From contig CAZJVM010000017.1 in assembly GCA_964549305.1 (NCBI GenBank), positions 1-44,121 of the forward strand: a stretch of 44,121 nucleotides of DNA, in the 5' to 3' direction. Shown here one piece after another: positions 8,346 to 18,900 of this stretch. Under the pieces are notes generated by a model that worked only from the letters and a program-made list of their open reading frames with translations, had not been told where the DNA came from and ran no database searches. Origin of the DNA: an uncultured bacterium. Its GTDB lineage: Bacteria; Schekmanbacteria; GWA2-38-11; J061. Numbering within the stretch: the first letter of the stretch is position 1; every line of letters starts with the position of its first letter. A program made the position numbers and the translations under genes.

Positions 8346-8630
8346 ACACCGCCTCAAACATTTGAAATTAAAAGAGCGCACTGTATTCCTAAATCCGGAG
8401 ATGTCAATATTTTTCTCATATTAATGATAATACATTGTATGAATAAAAAATATTCTTACTTTAAAATGATTGACAATTTGAATCAAAGAAATTTAGGTTA
8501 AAAAGAGACAAGTAAATTTTTACCGACCCTGTCATTCGTGTTTCCGTAATCCGTTGCTTAACGATTTAGAGTTTATCTGCAAACAGATAATGATGTGTTA
8601 AACCGTTAACCCGAAAAAGGGAGAAATCTG

Positions 8631-9965
8631 ATGGCTCAGGAGAGCGTAAATCCTTCAAAAGGAAAAACTTTTGCAGGAATCGAAATTCCCCCCGAACTGA
8701 AATGGTCTAATTTTTTCAATCTTTATTTCATATCCTTTTGTTGTGCCAGCATTGTCGCTCTGCCCGCGGTGCTTCAACCGGCATTTTTGAAAGATATAAT
8801 CAACATTCCAAAAGAACAGGCAGGGCTCATCAATTCAAATCTTCAGAATATGAGTCAGATTGCGTGGCTTCTTTTTGTGGGACTTGCGGGAATGTTATCG
8901 GACAAAGTAGGCCGGAAAATTCTCGCCATAATAGGTTTCATCTTTTGCGGTGGGTCATTTATATTCTTCGTTTATGTTAGAGATGTGGCGGCATTGATAG
9001 GAACGGACAGTGTGGACGCAATGGTAAATATCACCTATCTCGCGAGATTTCTTCTCGGTGTGGGTATAATCCTATCCTTTCCCCAAACAATGACTATGGT
9101 CGCAGATTACTCCTATCAGAAGGACAGAGGCAAAGCTATGGCTTACCATGGCCTTACTATGAGCATAGGGTCGATACTCGTTTTCGGAGTAATCGCGCAG
9201 CTTGGCAAAAAGATGGGACTTTCAAGCCTTTTCTACATATCCGCAGGCATTGGATTTGCGGGACTTTTCGTGTGCCTGTTTGGAATAGTTGACAGAATGC
9301 CCGAACAGAAAGCGCGGAAAATAGGCATTAAAAACATATTCGATGTGGTCATTAAAAGTATGGCTTTGAAAGCAAGTTATGTAACAACCTTTGTGTCGCG
9401 CATCGATATTGTAATTATATCTACATTTGTTATCGTCTGGATGGTTTCCGTTGCAGACGATTTCGGGTTGACATCCATTCAGGCAACAATGAAGGGAGGA
9501 ATTCTGCTTCTTGTTATGTCGGTGGTAACGATGTTTGCCTGGCCAATAATCGGCATTCTTCTCGATAAATGGGGGCGTGCCCAGGTGATGATTCTCGGGC
9601 TTTTCTTCGCAGGCGCCGGAATGTCCCTGATTGCCCTTACTAAGAATCCCTTCACCACTCCGATGTATCTCTATACAAGTATGATGGGAGTGGGGTTTTC
9701 CGCGGCAACGGGAAGCGCAAGCGCGCTTACCGCGGACGCTTCGCCCAAACCATTGCTTGGAAGCGTAATGGGCGGACTTAACGCGATGCAACCGCTTGGT
9801 GCGTTCATATTTCTTTTTCTGGGCGGGCTTTCATTTGACAAGCTCGGATATTGGGGGCCTTTTGCCCTTAAAGGCATTGTGGATATTTTATGCGGAATAT
9901 GGGTTTTGGCAATAAAGGGAAAGATTGCCACGATTTCAGAAAATAAAGAAAACTCTCACAAATAG
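8631..9965 (+). CDS. Major facilitator superfamily transporter
   Basis: ~12 TM; MFS motif A twice (GMLSDKVGRK, GILLDKWGRA); GGAG RBS. Confidence 0.92.
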   Translation: MAQESVNPSKGKTFAGIEIPPELKWSNFFNLYFISFCCASIVALPAVLQPAFLKDIINIPKEQAGLINSNLQNMSQIAWLLFVGLAGMLSDKVGRKILAIIGFIFCGGSFIFFVYVRDVAALIGTDSVDAMVNITYLARFLLGVGIILSFPQTMTMVADYSYQKDRGKAMAYHGLTMSIGSILVFGVIAQLGKKMGLSSLFYISAGIGFAGLFVCLFGIVDRMPEQKARKIGIKNIFDVVIKSMALKASYVTTFVSRIDIVIISTFVIVWMVSVADDFGLTSIQATMKGGILLLVMSVVTMFAWPIIGILLDKWGRAQVMILGLFFAGAGMSLIALTKNPFTTPMYLYTSMMGVGFSAATGSASALTADASPKPLLGSVMGGLNAMQPLGAFIFLFLGGLSFDKLGYWGPFALKGIVDILCGIWVLAIKGKIATISENKENSHK

Positions 9966-10027
9966 ATGTTATATGAAGATTTGCAAAAAGCATCTTTAGG
10001 GGTTTTTTTAAGGAAAAATTCGCGCAG

Positions 10028-10426
10028 ATGAAAAGAGGCATAAATCTTACGGTTGTCTCCTGCCTTTTAATATGCCTGATTTTTACATCCATTCTTTTCG
10101 CGATTTCATACTTCAACGGAAAATCTTTTTTTGATCAGATGTTCCCCTTTTATACGGCAGTGGTATGGGGTGGGGCAGTTTTCATCGCTTCCTGCAAAGA
10201 AAAGGAATTAATAGAAAAACTGCGCACACAAGAGGAAGGAGAATTTTTCAAACTTTTGGGAATAGTTTTTTTCATTGTCTTTCCCCTTGCAGTTGCCCTG
10301 ATGCGCCTTTTTATAAATAATACACTTTTGAAGAATGTTCTCTTTATGCTTCTGCTTCCCCTTGCGATTATTTTATGGCATTCACTGCTGAAAAAAGAAA
10401 GCAAAGCGGAAGGCCATACGCGCTGA
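10028..10426 (+). CDS. Hypothetical 4-TM membrane protein
   Basis: 132 aa with four hydrophobic segments; fills the gap after the MFS gene; no recognisable motif. Confidence 0.6.
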   Translation: MKRGINLTVVSCLLICLIFTSILFAISYFNGKSFFDQMFPFYTAVVWGGAVFIASCKEKELIEKLRTQEEGEFFKLLGIVFFIVFPLAVALMRLFINNTLLKNVLFMLLLPLAIILWHSLLKKESKAEGHTR

Positions 10427-10439
10427 ATAAAATACGCCT

Positions 10440-11096
10440 TTATCTCTCTTCCCTTATAAGGCGAAACAAAACCTGATTATAAATATCGGGGCATACCCCG
10501 TGGACGATATTCTCTTCCGCTTCCCACGGCAGACTCGAACCTTCATAAAGGACATTCATAAAGCGGTTTGCAGCCCAATACAGACAACCGCAAACCTTAC
10601 CAACATTAAAGGGGTCGACTTCAAATTTGCTTCCGATTGTGTGTCCCCACGTGCAGTGCCTTTCAATACCGAGGATTTCCACAAAAACCTTATATTTATC
10701 AATTCCGGCATATCCCTTTCCCGTCATTTCGACAGGAGACTTCTTAGTTTTAAGCACCTTGATATCGTCCTTCTCCTTATGTTCAACTTCAACCTTCACC
10801 TTCCCTCCTTCGGGACATTGGGCGGTAAAGCGTTTTGTTTTATGCTCCCAGGGGAAATTCCCGCCGTAATCAAGAGTAAATATTGCCGGTTCAATCAAAG
10901 TAAAAAGTGAACCGCAAAGACCGTCAGAATTCATTGCCGAAACCTGAAATTTTTCTCCTTCCTTGTGCCCGTAGGGGCAATTTCCCTCCACAGATGTTAT
11001 TGTAAGCTCGGCATAACGCCTGTTTATCGCGCCTATAACTTCTCTGAAAAACTCCGGTGACGAATCAACAGCTCGCGGGTCTTTTTTTGTATCCAT
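10440..11096 (-). CDS. Tandem two-domain TIGR04076-like Cys/His protein
   Basis: Two internal repeats: CPYGH..G.KF / LCG.L / FPWE / CPEG and CTWGH..G.KF / VCG.L / LPWE / CPD..N.V.F.L.R; AAAGGA RBS. Confidence 0.78.
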   Translation of the reverse strand: MDTKKDPRAVDSSPEFFREVIGAINRRYAELTITSVEGNCPYGHKEGEKFQVSAMNSDGLCGSLFTLIEPAIFTLDYGGNFPWEHKTKRFTAQCPEGGKVKVEVEHKEKDDIKVLKTKKSPVEMTGKGYAGIDKYKVFVEILGIERHCTWGHTIGSKFEVDPFNVGKVCGCLYWAANRFMNVLYEGSSLPWEAEENIVHGVCPDIYNQVLFRLIREER

Positions 11097-11251
11097 ATTT
11101 TTCCTTTCTATAAAAAGAATTTTTTAAAGTTTTAAAAAGTAAAAGGGAAATGTCAAAAAACTTTTTAATAAATAATCTATATTGGAATAAAATAATATAA
11201 AAGCATTGAATAGACAGATATTAAAAAAAGAGTAAATGGCCAATATGAGTG

Positions 11252-11280
11252 TTGATTTATTGTTTAATAAATAGTATTCT
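11252..11280 (+). promoter_or_regulatory. Putative sigma-70 promoter overlapped by a palindrome
   Basis: TTGATT (11252-11257)-17 nt-TATTCT (11275-11280); ATTTATT-GTTT-AATAAAT inverted repeat at 11255-11272. Confidence 0.5.
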
Positions 11281-11486
11281 CACACTTTGGAGTATCTGTT
11301 TAAAGGTGTATATTCCGGAAATTTGAAGTTTATTTCTTCCACTCCGGAATATTTTCCGTCTTTGTTGAAGTTTAGGGAAAAGAAGGATATATGGCATTTC
11401 GGTAAACATATTTTACTATATCTTTCCTTTAAGATATATGAAAAAGAAAAGTTTTTAATAGGAAAGCGTAAATTAAGGAAATAGTT

Positions 11487-12929
11487 ATGGGTTATCCCGT
11501 TGTTATTCAGGGGGGAATGGGCGCAGGCGTTTCAGATTGGTTTTTGGCAAATACCGTTTCATCAAAGGGTCTTCTCGGAGTGGTTTCGGGTACCGCACTT
11601 GATGTAATACTCGCAAGACGCCTTCAAATTGGCGACCCCGGTGGACATATGCGCAGAGCGCTTGACAATTTTCCTTTTCCGGAAATCGCAAAAAAAATAA
11701 TAGATAAATTTTTTATTGAAGGCGGGAAATCTCCAAAGGAAAAATTCAGGAAACATATCTTTTTTACGCAAAACCCCCCCAAAGAGCTTGAAGAATTGAC
11801 TGTTGCGGCAAATTTCGTCGAGGTTTTTCTCGCAAAGGAAGGCCATTCGGGTCCCGTTGGCATCAATTATCTTGAAAAAATACAAATGCCCAACCTTTCG
11901 TCAATCTACGGGGCAATTCTCGCAGGCGTAGATTATGTGCTGATGGGAGCGGGAATACCGAGAGAAATCCCCGGAATCCTTGACAGACTTTCGGAAAATA
12001 AAGATGTTTCAATGAAGCTTCACGTGGACGGTGCAACTAAAGAAGATGATTTTAAAATGAATTTCAGCCCCGTGTCCATTTCAAAGAAGATACTTCCCAA
12101 GTTAAAACGTCCAAAATTTCTGGCAATTATCGCATCTACCATACTTGCTGCCACTCTCGCAAAAAAATCAAATGGGATTGTTGACGGGTTCATTATCGAA
12201 GGCCCTTCTGCGGGAGGACATAATGCTCCGCCTCGTGGCGACCTGAATCTCGATGAAAAAGGCGAACCGATTTACGGTCCTAAAGACGAAGTTAATCTTG
12301 AAAAAATAGCTTCCCTTGGATATCCCTTCTGGCTTGCGGGGTCCTATGCAGATGCCGAAGGAGTGGAAAGGGCGCAAAAGCAGGGAGCGCAGGGAATTCA
12401 GGTGGGTACTCCATTTGCTTTCTGTAAGGAATCGGCACTGACCGAAGAAATAAAGAACTATGTAGTCAATAATGTTATGCAGGGAAATATCGGAGTCCTT
12501 ACCGACCCTGTGGCATCGCCTACGGGATTTCCCTTCAAAGTTGTCAACATAAAACACAGTATGTCAGAAGCATCGTATTTTAACTGCAGGAAGAGAATAT
12601 GCGATCTCGGTTATTTGAGACAGATTTATAGGAAAGAGGACGGAACTGCGGGATACCGGTGTCCCTCAGAACCCGCGGAAAACTATGTTAAAAAAGGCGG
12701 AAATATTGAAGATACGGCAGGAAGAAAATGCCTGTGCAACGGACTGTTGGCAAACATAGGACTTCCTCAACTACAGGAAAACGGATATATCGAAAAACCT
12801 TTGGTAACCGCCGGGGACAGCATTCTTGAAATTTCAAAATATGTTGTTGAATCCACACTTACATACTCTGCACTGGATGTGCTCGAAAAATTTTCACCCC
12901 TTACACAACCTGCGGCACAATTGTTGTAA
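11487..12929 (+). CDS. Nitronate monooxygenase/FabK-family FMN oxidoreductase with C-terminal Cys cluster (FabX-like)
   Basis: IQGGMGAGVS, GAGIP, EGPSAGGH, QGIQVGT, SPTGFP; cysteines in RICDLGYL, YRCPSEP, KCLCNGL. Confidence 0.85.
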   Translation: MGYPVVIQGGMGAGVSDWFLANTVSSKGLLGVVSGTALDVILARRLQIGDPGGHMRRALDNFPFPEIAKKIIDKFFIEGGKSPKEKFRKHIFFTQNPPKELEELTVAANFVEVFLAKEGHSGPVGINYLEKIQMPNLSSIYGAILAGVDYVLMGAGIPREIPGILDRLSENKDVSMKLHVDGATKEDDFKMNFSPVSISKKILPKLKRPKFLAIIASTILAATLAKKSNGIVDGFIIEGPSAGGHNAPPRGDLNLDEKGEPIYGPKDEVNLEKIASLGYPFWLAGSYADAEGVERAQKQGAQGIQVGTPFAFCKESALTEEIKNYVVNNVMQGNIGVLTDPVASPTGFPFKVVNIKHSMSEASYFNCRKRICDLGYLRQIYRKEDGTAGYRCPSEPAENYVKKGGNIEDTAGRKCLCNGLLANIGLPQLQENGYIEKPLVTAGDSILEISKYVVESTLTYSALDVLEKFSPLTQPAAQLL

Positions 12930-12945
12930 TCGGCTTTTTTAAAAC

Positions 12946-12994
12946 TGTCACCGGCAATCCGAATACATTTGATTTTTGCCTGACATCTTTTTCT
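12946..12994 (+). terminator. Possible intrinsic terminator after the NMO-family gene
   Basis: TGTCA..GGCAA / TTGCC-TGACA stem (12946-12985) followed by TCTTTTTCT. Confidence 0.45.
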
Positions 12995-13090
12995 TCCTGA
13001 GAATAATTTAAAAAAGTATTGATATTATTTAATACTTTCTGCTAATCGATATGAATTATTTTCGTCATTATTTAATCCTGGAGGGATTTT

Positions 13091-15946
13091 TTGCAACTGA
13101 TTGCTTATCGCGAACCTTTTTTAGAAAAACTTTCATCATTAATTTTCAAAGAGCAGGAACACTTATCTCCCGATTTTTCAAAGGTACTTATTGTCCTTCC
13201 TTCAAAAAGAAGCTTACTTTATTTCAGAAGAACTTTCCTCGATGCCTGCGGTACTGATGCAATATATCCTCCCGAGACCATAACGACGGAAAATTTGTTT
13301 TCCCATATTTACGCGGATAATTTCACGAAGAAAAAAGCGGGAAAACTCAAAAGAATTTTCCTTCTGAAAAAATCATTAACCCTATGCAAATCAAAACTTA
13401 ACGGCATATTCAAAAATAGCGAAGACAAACTGCTCAGGAATTATTTTAATTTTATATCTTACGGCGACAAACTTCTAAAATTCTTCGACGAATTGATTAC
13501 AGAAGAAGCGGATTTCGACACTTTGAAAAAAGAAACTCTTTATACCGATTATGAACTTCAGATAGAGGTATTACGGGAAATCTTTTCCTCTTACGAGAAA
13601 CTCCTCGAAGAATCGGGATATACGGACAAACCTCATATGCTGAAGGAGTTGGTGGACAATTTCGACGACAAATGGTTTGACGGTTATGAAAAAATATATC
13701 TATGCGGTTTTTTCACTCTAAACAAACTCGAGACGGAGTTTTTCAAAAAAATCACAAAATCCGATAAAAGCAAAACGATACTTCACACAAATCCAAAGGA
13801 AATATTCTCCGAATATTATAATCCCGCATTTAAGCACCATAAAAATATTATAGCGAATTTAAAACCGAATTTTCTCCTGAAAGATAATGACGGTGATTAC
13901 AAAGATGAGGCAGACACAAATCCTCAAATCCTCATAAAGGAATTAAAATCGAATTTCGCTCAGGTTTCTTTCGTTGTTGAAACCATAAATGACTATCTTC
14001 AAAAGGGGATAAATGCCAACAAAATTGCCATAATTCTCCCCGACGAAAGTCTTTCTGCTTTGCTTGTTCCGGTCTTTGAAAATTACGGAATTTCCTACAA
14101 TCTCACTGTGGGTCATCCATTCAGGGAAACAGCATTGTCGGGTTTTTTAATTTGTTTGAATAACCTGCTGTCAGGAGGATTCTATTACAAGGATGTAATT
14201 GCATTCCTGAAACATCCTTTTATAAAGAACGCTTTTTTCGGCAAGACAAGCGCCAAAGGTTTCTGCTATTTGCTCATAAAGCATATAAATAAGGAAAATC
14301 TCATCTATCTTGCGCCTGACACAAAAAACTTCAAAGACACTTTCACGAAAAAAGATGGGGAGTGGAAAATCTATGCGTCTTGCGCGAAAGGTATTTCAGG
14401 TATTCTGAATGAGATAGAAAAAGGATTTAGTGAATCAGAGGATATTGGCTCTTTAATAGAGCTAATTCAGGGTATCATAGATAAAATTCTCCCGCTTTCT
14501 GAAAAAAAGGAGCTTGCAAATCATCCTTATTTAAGAGACGGCGCAGAAAAAATATACACCATTTCAGAAGAGTTCAACTCCATCTCCTCCGACTACGGAA
14601 ATTTTCCCTCGGAAGAGGATAAAAAGAGTTTTCTCGCATACTTCATAAGCGAACTTGAGAAAGAGCACATAACGATTACGGGAAGCCCATTTTCCGGAAT
14701 ACAGATTATGGGAGTACTGGAAGCAAGAAACCTAAACTTTGATGCGGTGATTTTGCCTTCGATGAATGAAGGATTTTTTCCCAAGGAAAATCCCAAAGAC
14801 CTTTTCCTTAATTCTCAAATAAGAACTGCCTGCGGACTTCCCACATACAAGGAGAGAGAGTCTCTTTACGGACTTTATTTTGAGGAAATTACAGGATGCG
14901 CTAAATTCGTTTCTATTTCATATATTAAGGAAGAATCAGATTCATCGAGTCTTCCAAGCAGATTTCTCGGCAGGGAAAATCTCCTGGAAAACATTATTTC
15001 AGAGGACGAAAACGCACAGGAAATTATTCATTTCCCCTATTCTAAGTGTAAAACTGACTATCCCTTAAAACAGATAATTAAAACAGATGATGTCATAAAG
15101 AGAATTCTCGATTCCGGACTGACCGCGACTTCCTTAAAGGATTACGTAGAGTGCCCTGCAAGATTCTATTTCAAGCAGATTCTCTGTCTCAGAAAAGAAG
15201 AGGAAGTTATTGAAGAACTTGGACCTCTGGAAAGAGGCAACTTTATTCACGAAGCGCTAAAGGAGTTTATCCCTCAATTATATGATTCAAAAAATAAACG
15301 CGATGAAAATGAGCTTTATAAAATTCTCTGTGACGAGATTGAAATCGCATTCAGAAAAATCGGCGCTAACGCTTATTCCGACACTCTTATGCTCAAAGTC
15401 GCAAAAGAAAGATTCCGTCAATTCATCAACAATGAGTTAGAAAGAAGAGACGCGGGGTTTACCACGTGTGCGGAAAATCTTGAGCTTGAATGCGAAACGG
15501 AATTCAGCATAGATGAAAAAATAAAGGTTAAATTAGCAGGGAGAATTGACCGCGTTGACAAAAAAGAAGAGAAATATTTCCTTATCGATTACAAGACAGG
15601 GAAAGCTCCTTCATCCAAAGCCATAACAAAAATAGAAAAAGGTTTATCGGAACTTCAACTGTGTATATATGCTTTTATTTTCTGCGGATCGCGCAACATT
15701 CCCGAGAATAAAATATGCGGACTCGGTTATTACGATTTAAAAAAGAATTTCAAAATATCACCTGAAATAAAAGAAAATGGCATTGCCGGTTATCTGAATA
15801 ATTCAAAGGCATACATAAAAGGAATAATCGCTGAAATACTCGATAAAAATATTCCTTTCACTCTTTCCGAGGATATCAAAAAATGCGAATACTGCATATT
15901 CCCCGAAATTTGCAGAATAAACGAATCAAACGAGACGGCAAAATAA
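13091..15946 (+). CDS. addB: AddB-like subunit: inactive helicase body plus PD-(D/E)XK nuclease with Fe-S staple
   Basis: VLPSKRS, IQIMGVLEARNL, NEGFFP, LTATSLKDYVECPARFY, GRIDRVD..LIDYKTG, CEYCIFPEIC; TTG start after GAGGGA; directly upstream of addA. Confidence 0.88.
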   Translation: MQLIAYREPFLEKLSSLIFKEQEHLSPDFSKVLIVLPSKRSLLYFRRTFLDACGTDAIYPPETITTENLFSHIYADNFTKKKAGKLKRIFLLKKSLTLCKSKLNGIFKNSEDKLLRNYFNFISYGDKLLKFFDELITEEADFDTLKKETLYTDYELQIEVLREIFSSYEKLLEESGYTDKPHMLKELVDNFDDKWFDGYEKIYLCGFFTLNKLETEFFKKITKSDKSKTILHTNPKEIFSEYYNPAFKHHKNIIANLKPNFLLKDNDGDYKDEADTNPQILIKELKSNFAQVSFVVETINDYLQKGINANKIAIILPDESLSALLVPVFENYGISYNLTVGHPFRETALSGFLICLNNLLSGGFYYKDVIAFLKHPFIKNAFFGKTSAKGFCYLLIKHINKENLIYLAPDTKNFKDTFTKKDGEWKIYASCAKGISGILNEIEKGFSESEDIGSLIELIQGIIDKILPLSEKKELANHPYLRDGAEKIYTISEEFNSISSDYGNFPSEEDKKSFLAYFISELEKEHITITGSPFSGIQIMGVLEARNLNFDAVILPSMNEGFFPKENPKDLFLNSQIRTACGLPTYKERESLYGLYFEEITGCAKFVSISYIKEESDSSSLPSRFLGRENLLENIISEDENAQEIIHFPYSKCKTDYPLKQIIKTDDVIKRILDSGLTATSLKDYVECPARFYFKQILCLRKEEEVIEELGPLERGNFIHEALKEFIPQLYDSKNKRDENELYKILCDEIEIAFRKIGANAYSDTLMLKVAKERFRQFINNELERRDAGFTTCAENLELECETEFSIDEKIKVKLAGRIDRVDKKEEKYFLIDYKTGKAPSSKAITKIEKGLSELQLCIYAFIFCGSRNIPENKICGLGYYDLKKNFKISPEIKENGIAGYLNNSKAYIKGIIAEILDKNIPFTLSEDIKKCEYCIFPEICRINESNETAK

Positions 15947-15947
15947 T

Positions 15948-18900
15948 ATGAAACCGAAATCAAAAGAGACTCCCCTGTTCTGGCTGCCCCGCGAAAACGC
16001 GGCTCTTTCCGCCTCAGCAGGTTCGGGAAAAACATATAATCTTACGTGGCGTCTTATTGCCATAATGCTTTATGAACAGAACCTCGGAAACAGTCTTAAA
16101 AACACTTTTGCCGTCACATTTACAAACAAGGCAACACTCGATATGAAATACAAGGTGCTTGAACGCCTTAAAAAACTGGCATATCCGCTTAAGGAAAAAC
16201 CTGATGAAGCGGACGAGGAGGCTATAGAATATCTTGCCCAAATGCTGACCAACGGCAACAGGGACCTGCTTCTCAATAAGGCGAATAAGGCATATAAAAA
16301 CCTTCTCAACAATCTTTCTGACCTTAACATAAGCACCATTCACAGTTTTCTCTCCGGGATTGTATCCCTCTTTCCCTTTGAAATCGGTATAAACCCTGAC
16401 AACGATATAATCGATGAAGCTGAAAGAGAAAATCTTCTCAAGGAATCATTCGCTATTCTGTTGGAAAAGGCATCCGGGGATAAAGAGTTGGAGGACCTTA
16501 TTCTTCACACATTCAACGCTCTTGGTTACGATTCACTAGATGTAAAAGAAAGAATATATGAACTTATAATAAATTTCTTCGAGCGGGAATGGGATATAAA
16601 AGAATTATACAAATCCGACTCTTTAAACAAAGAATTGCTGGAAATCAGAAGGAGAAAAGAGATTCACTATGCCCAATTCAACGGAAAGAAGTTTAAAGAC
16701 GCCCTTGAAGAAATCATAGAAATCATTGACACGCATGATGGAACTTTCAATACAAGGGTTACAACCTTCAAAGAAAATATTAAAAATCTGATTGGCAATA
16801 TTACTCACAAAAAACTTTTAGAAAACAAAAAATATTTTGACAAAAATTCTATTGATGAAATATCGGGATTTAAAAAATATACAAAGCATCTGGTTGAGAT
16901 TTCAAAAAAACTCTTGATTAGACTCAATAACGCTTTTCTGCAGGCAAAAGAGGTCTATGAAGATAATATAGTCCCGTTTATTGAACTTACCAACAAAGAA
17001 ATCGTCTGCAATTTTCTCATACTTTTCCTAAGGTATCTTGAGATTTATGAAGAAAGAAAACGATATATAGGCGCACTTGATTTTTCGGACCTCGAAGGAC
17101 TTGCCTACGGGCTTTTCAGCGGAACAAAATTTGATAGGGATTATTTCTATTTCAGGATTGATACGCGCATTAAGCATCTCCTTATCGACGAATTTCAGGA
17201 TACGAGCATTATTCAGTGGGATATTCTATCGCCACTGGTGGATGAAATTGTTTCAGGCGTAGGAGTGCACGACGACAAGGGAAGTTTCTTCTATGTGGGG
17301 GATAAAAAACAAGCAATATACCGCTTCAGACGCGGCGAGAGCGGACTATTTGATTTGGTAAAAAATAGGCATAAAATAGAAGAATACTCCCTAAAGACAA
17401 ATTTCAGAAGCGCAAAGAATATCGTTGATACGGTAAATACTGTTTTTTCGAAAATAATGACCCATACAAAATATGAAAGGCAGAAAGTATCCGTAGAAAG
17501 CGAAGGATATGTGGAAATCGCGAAAGCGGAAAATAATGAGGATAATGCTCAAAGGGTCGTTGATACAATAAAGATGCTTTCTGAAAAGGGTGTGATTTTT
17601 TCGGATATTGCCCTTTTGGTAAGAACTTATACTCATACGGACCTTATCGAAAATCTATTAAAAAAGGAAAAAATTCCCTATCGAAGCGAGAAGACCTCAT
17701 CGCTACGCGAAGCAGTCCCGATTAAAGATATAATTAATCTGCTTAAGTTTATCAACAATTCCGAAGACGATATTTCGCTCTCCTCTATATTGAAATCTCC
17801 TCTGTTTAGAATCGATAACTTCACGCTTCATAAAATTAAATTCCATAAGGGGAAAACCCTTTATCTTAAGGTAAAAAACAGTGAGTTATGTAAAGAGAAT
17901 GTTAAAACGCTCGAAGGGCTTCTAAAGAATGTCGCCTTTCTTTCTCCACTAAAACTACTCAATCTTATTTACAGTAAATTTAACATTTACTCTATCTATT
18001 CACATATTGCCGGCGCGGCAGAAAACCTCAGAAAATTCTTTGAAGAAGTATTTATCTTCCAAAAAAATAACAGCGCCGACATCTCCACCTTTCTTGATTA
18101 CTTCGAGATGAAAAGTAAAACAATCCTTCAGGCAGAACCCGACGACAAGGGCAAAGGGGGTGTTAAGATAATGTCCGTACACAAGGCAAAGGGACTTGAA
18201 TTTCATTCCGTTATAATTCCTTTTGCCGATTTTTCTATGAACCTTCATCCGCGACAAACAAAATTTATCTTCTCCTACAATGACAATTTCAAGCTTTGCA
18301 ATATTACTAAAACACCTGTTAAAACGGATAAAGAGTTATCCGAATCCCTCAGAAAATGCTTTGATGATGAACTTGAAAAAGTTTCCGAAGACGAAATTAA
18401 CCTACTCTATGTTGCCCTGACACGGGCAAGGGAAAATCTCTTTGTAATCGGAAATGAAAAGTCTTTCAATAGTGAGAATTCTGGAATCTCAAAGTTATAC
18501 AGTGCTCTCGATAAAACATCAGAAGATGCGGATGAAGCAACAATATATCAAAAAGGGGAAATAACGCCTTCCGGCAAACCAGACGGTAAAAAAACTAAAA
18601 GAAAAGGCGCGTCATCGGGCAAGGAATTCAATTTCTCCGAATATTTCAATAAGGATGAAGAAATAGAAGAAGATATATCGCCTTCGACAATTGAAGAAGT
18701 TACGGACGAAGGGAAAATCACTTTCTCGTCTCAGGCACAAATCAAGAGAAAAATTGCAGGAGAGACTATTCACTACGCACTGAGCAGAATAGAGCTTTTA
18801 AATGACTATGACAATATCAGTGAAATCGTATCCGATGCCTGCGCCTTTGCCGAAAGGAATATTTATTCCAAAGAAGAAATCGACAAGACTTATATTGACG

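Noticed and set aside
8346..8381. N-terminal extension of TypA given by the ORF track
   Set aside because: Homology begins at [16 protein letters not shown] 8345 has a GAGG RBS and the extension overlaps the likely promoter/leader.
13091..15946. Cas4-like nuclease implying a CRISPR system
   Set aside because: The Fe-S PD-(D/E)XK domain is the C-terminus of AddB next to addA; no repeat-spacer array or other cas genes seen.
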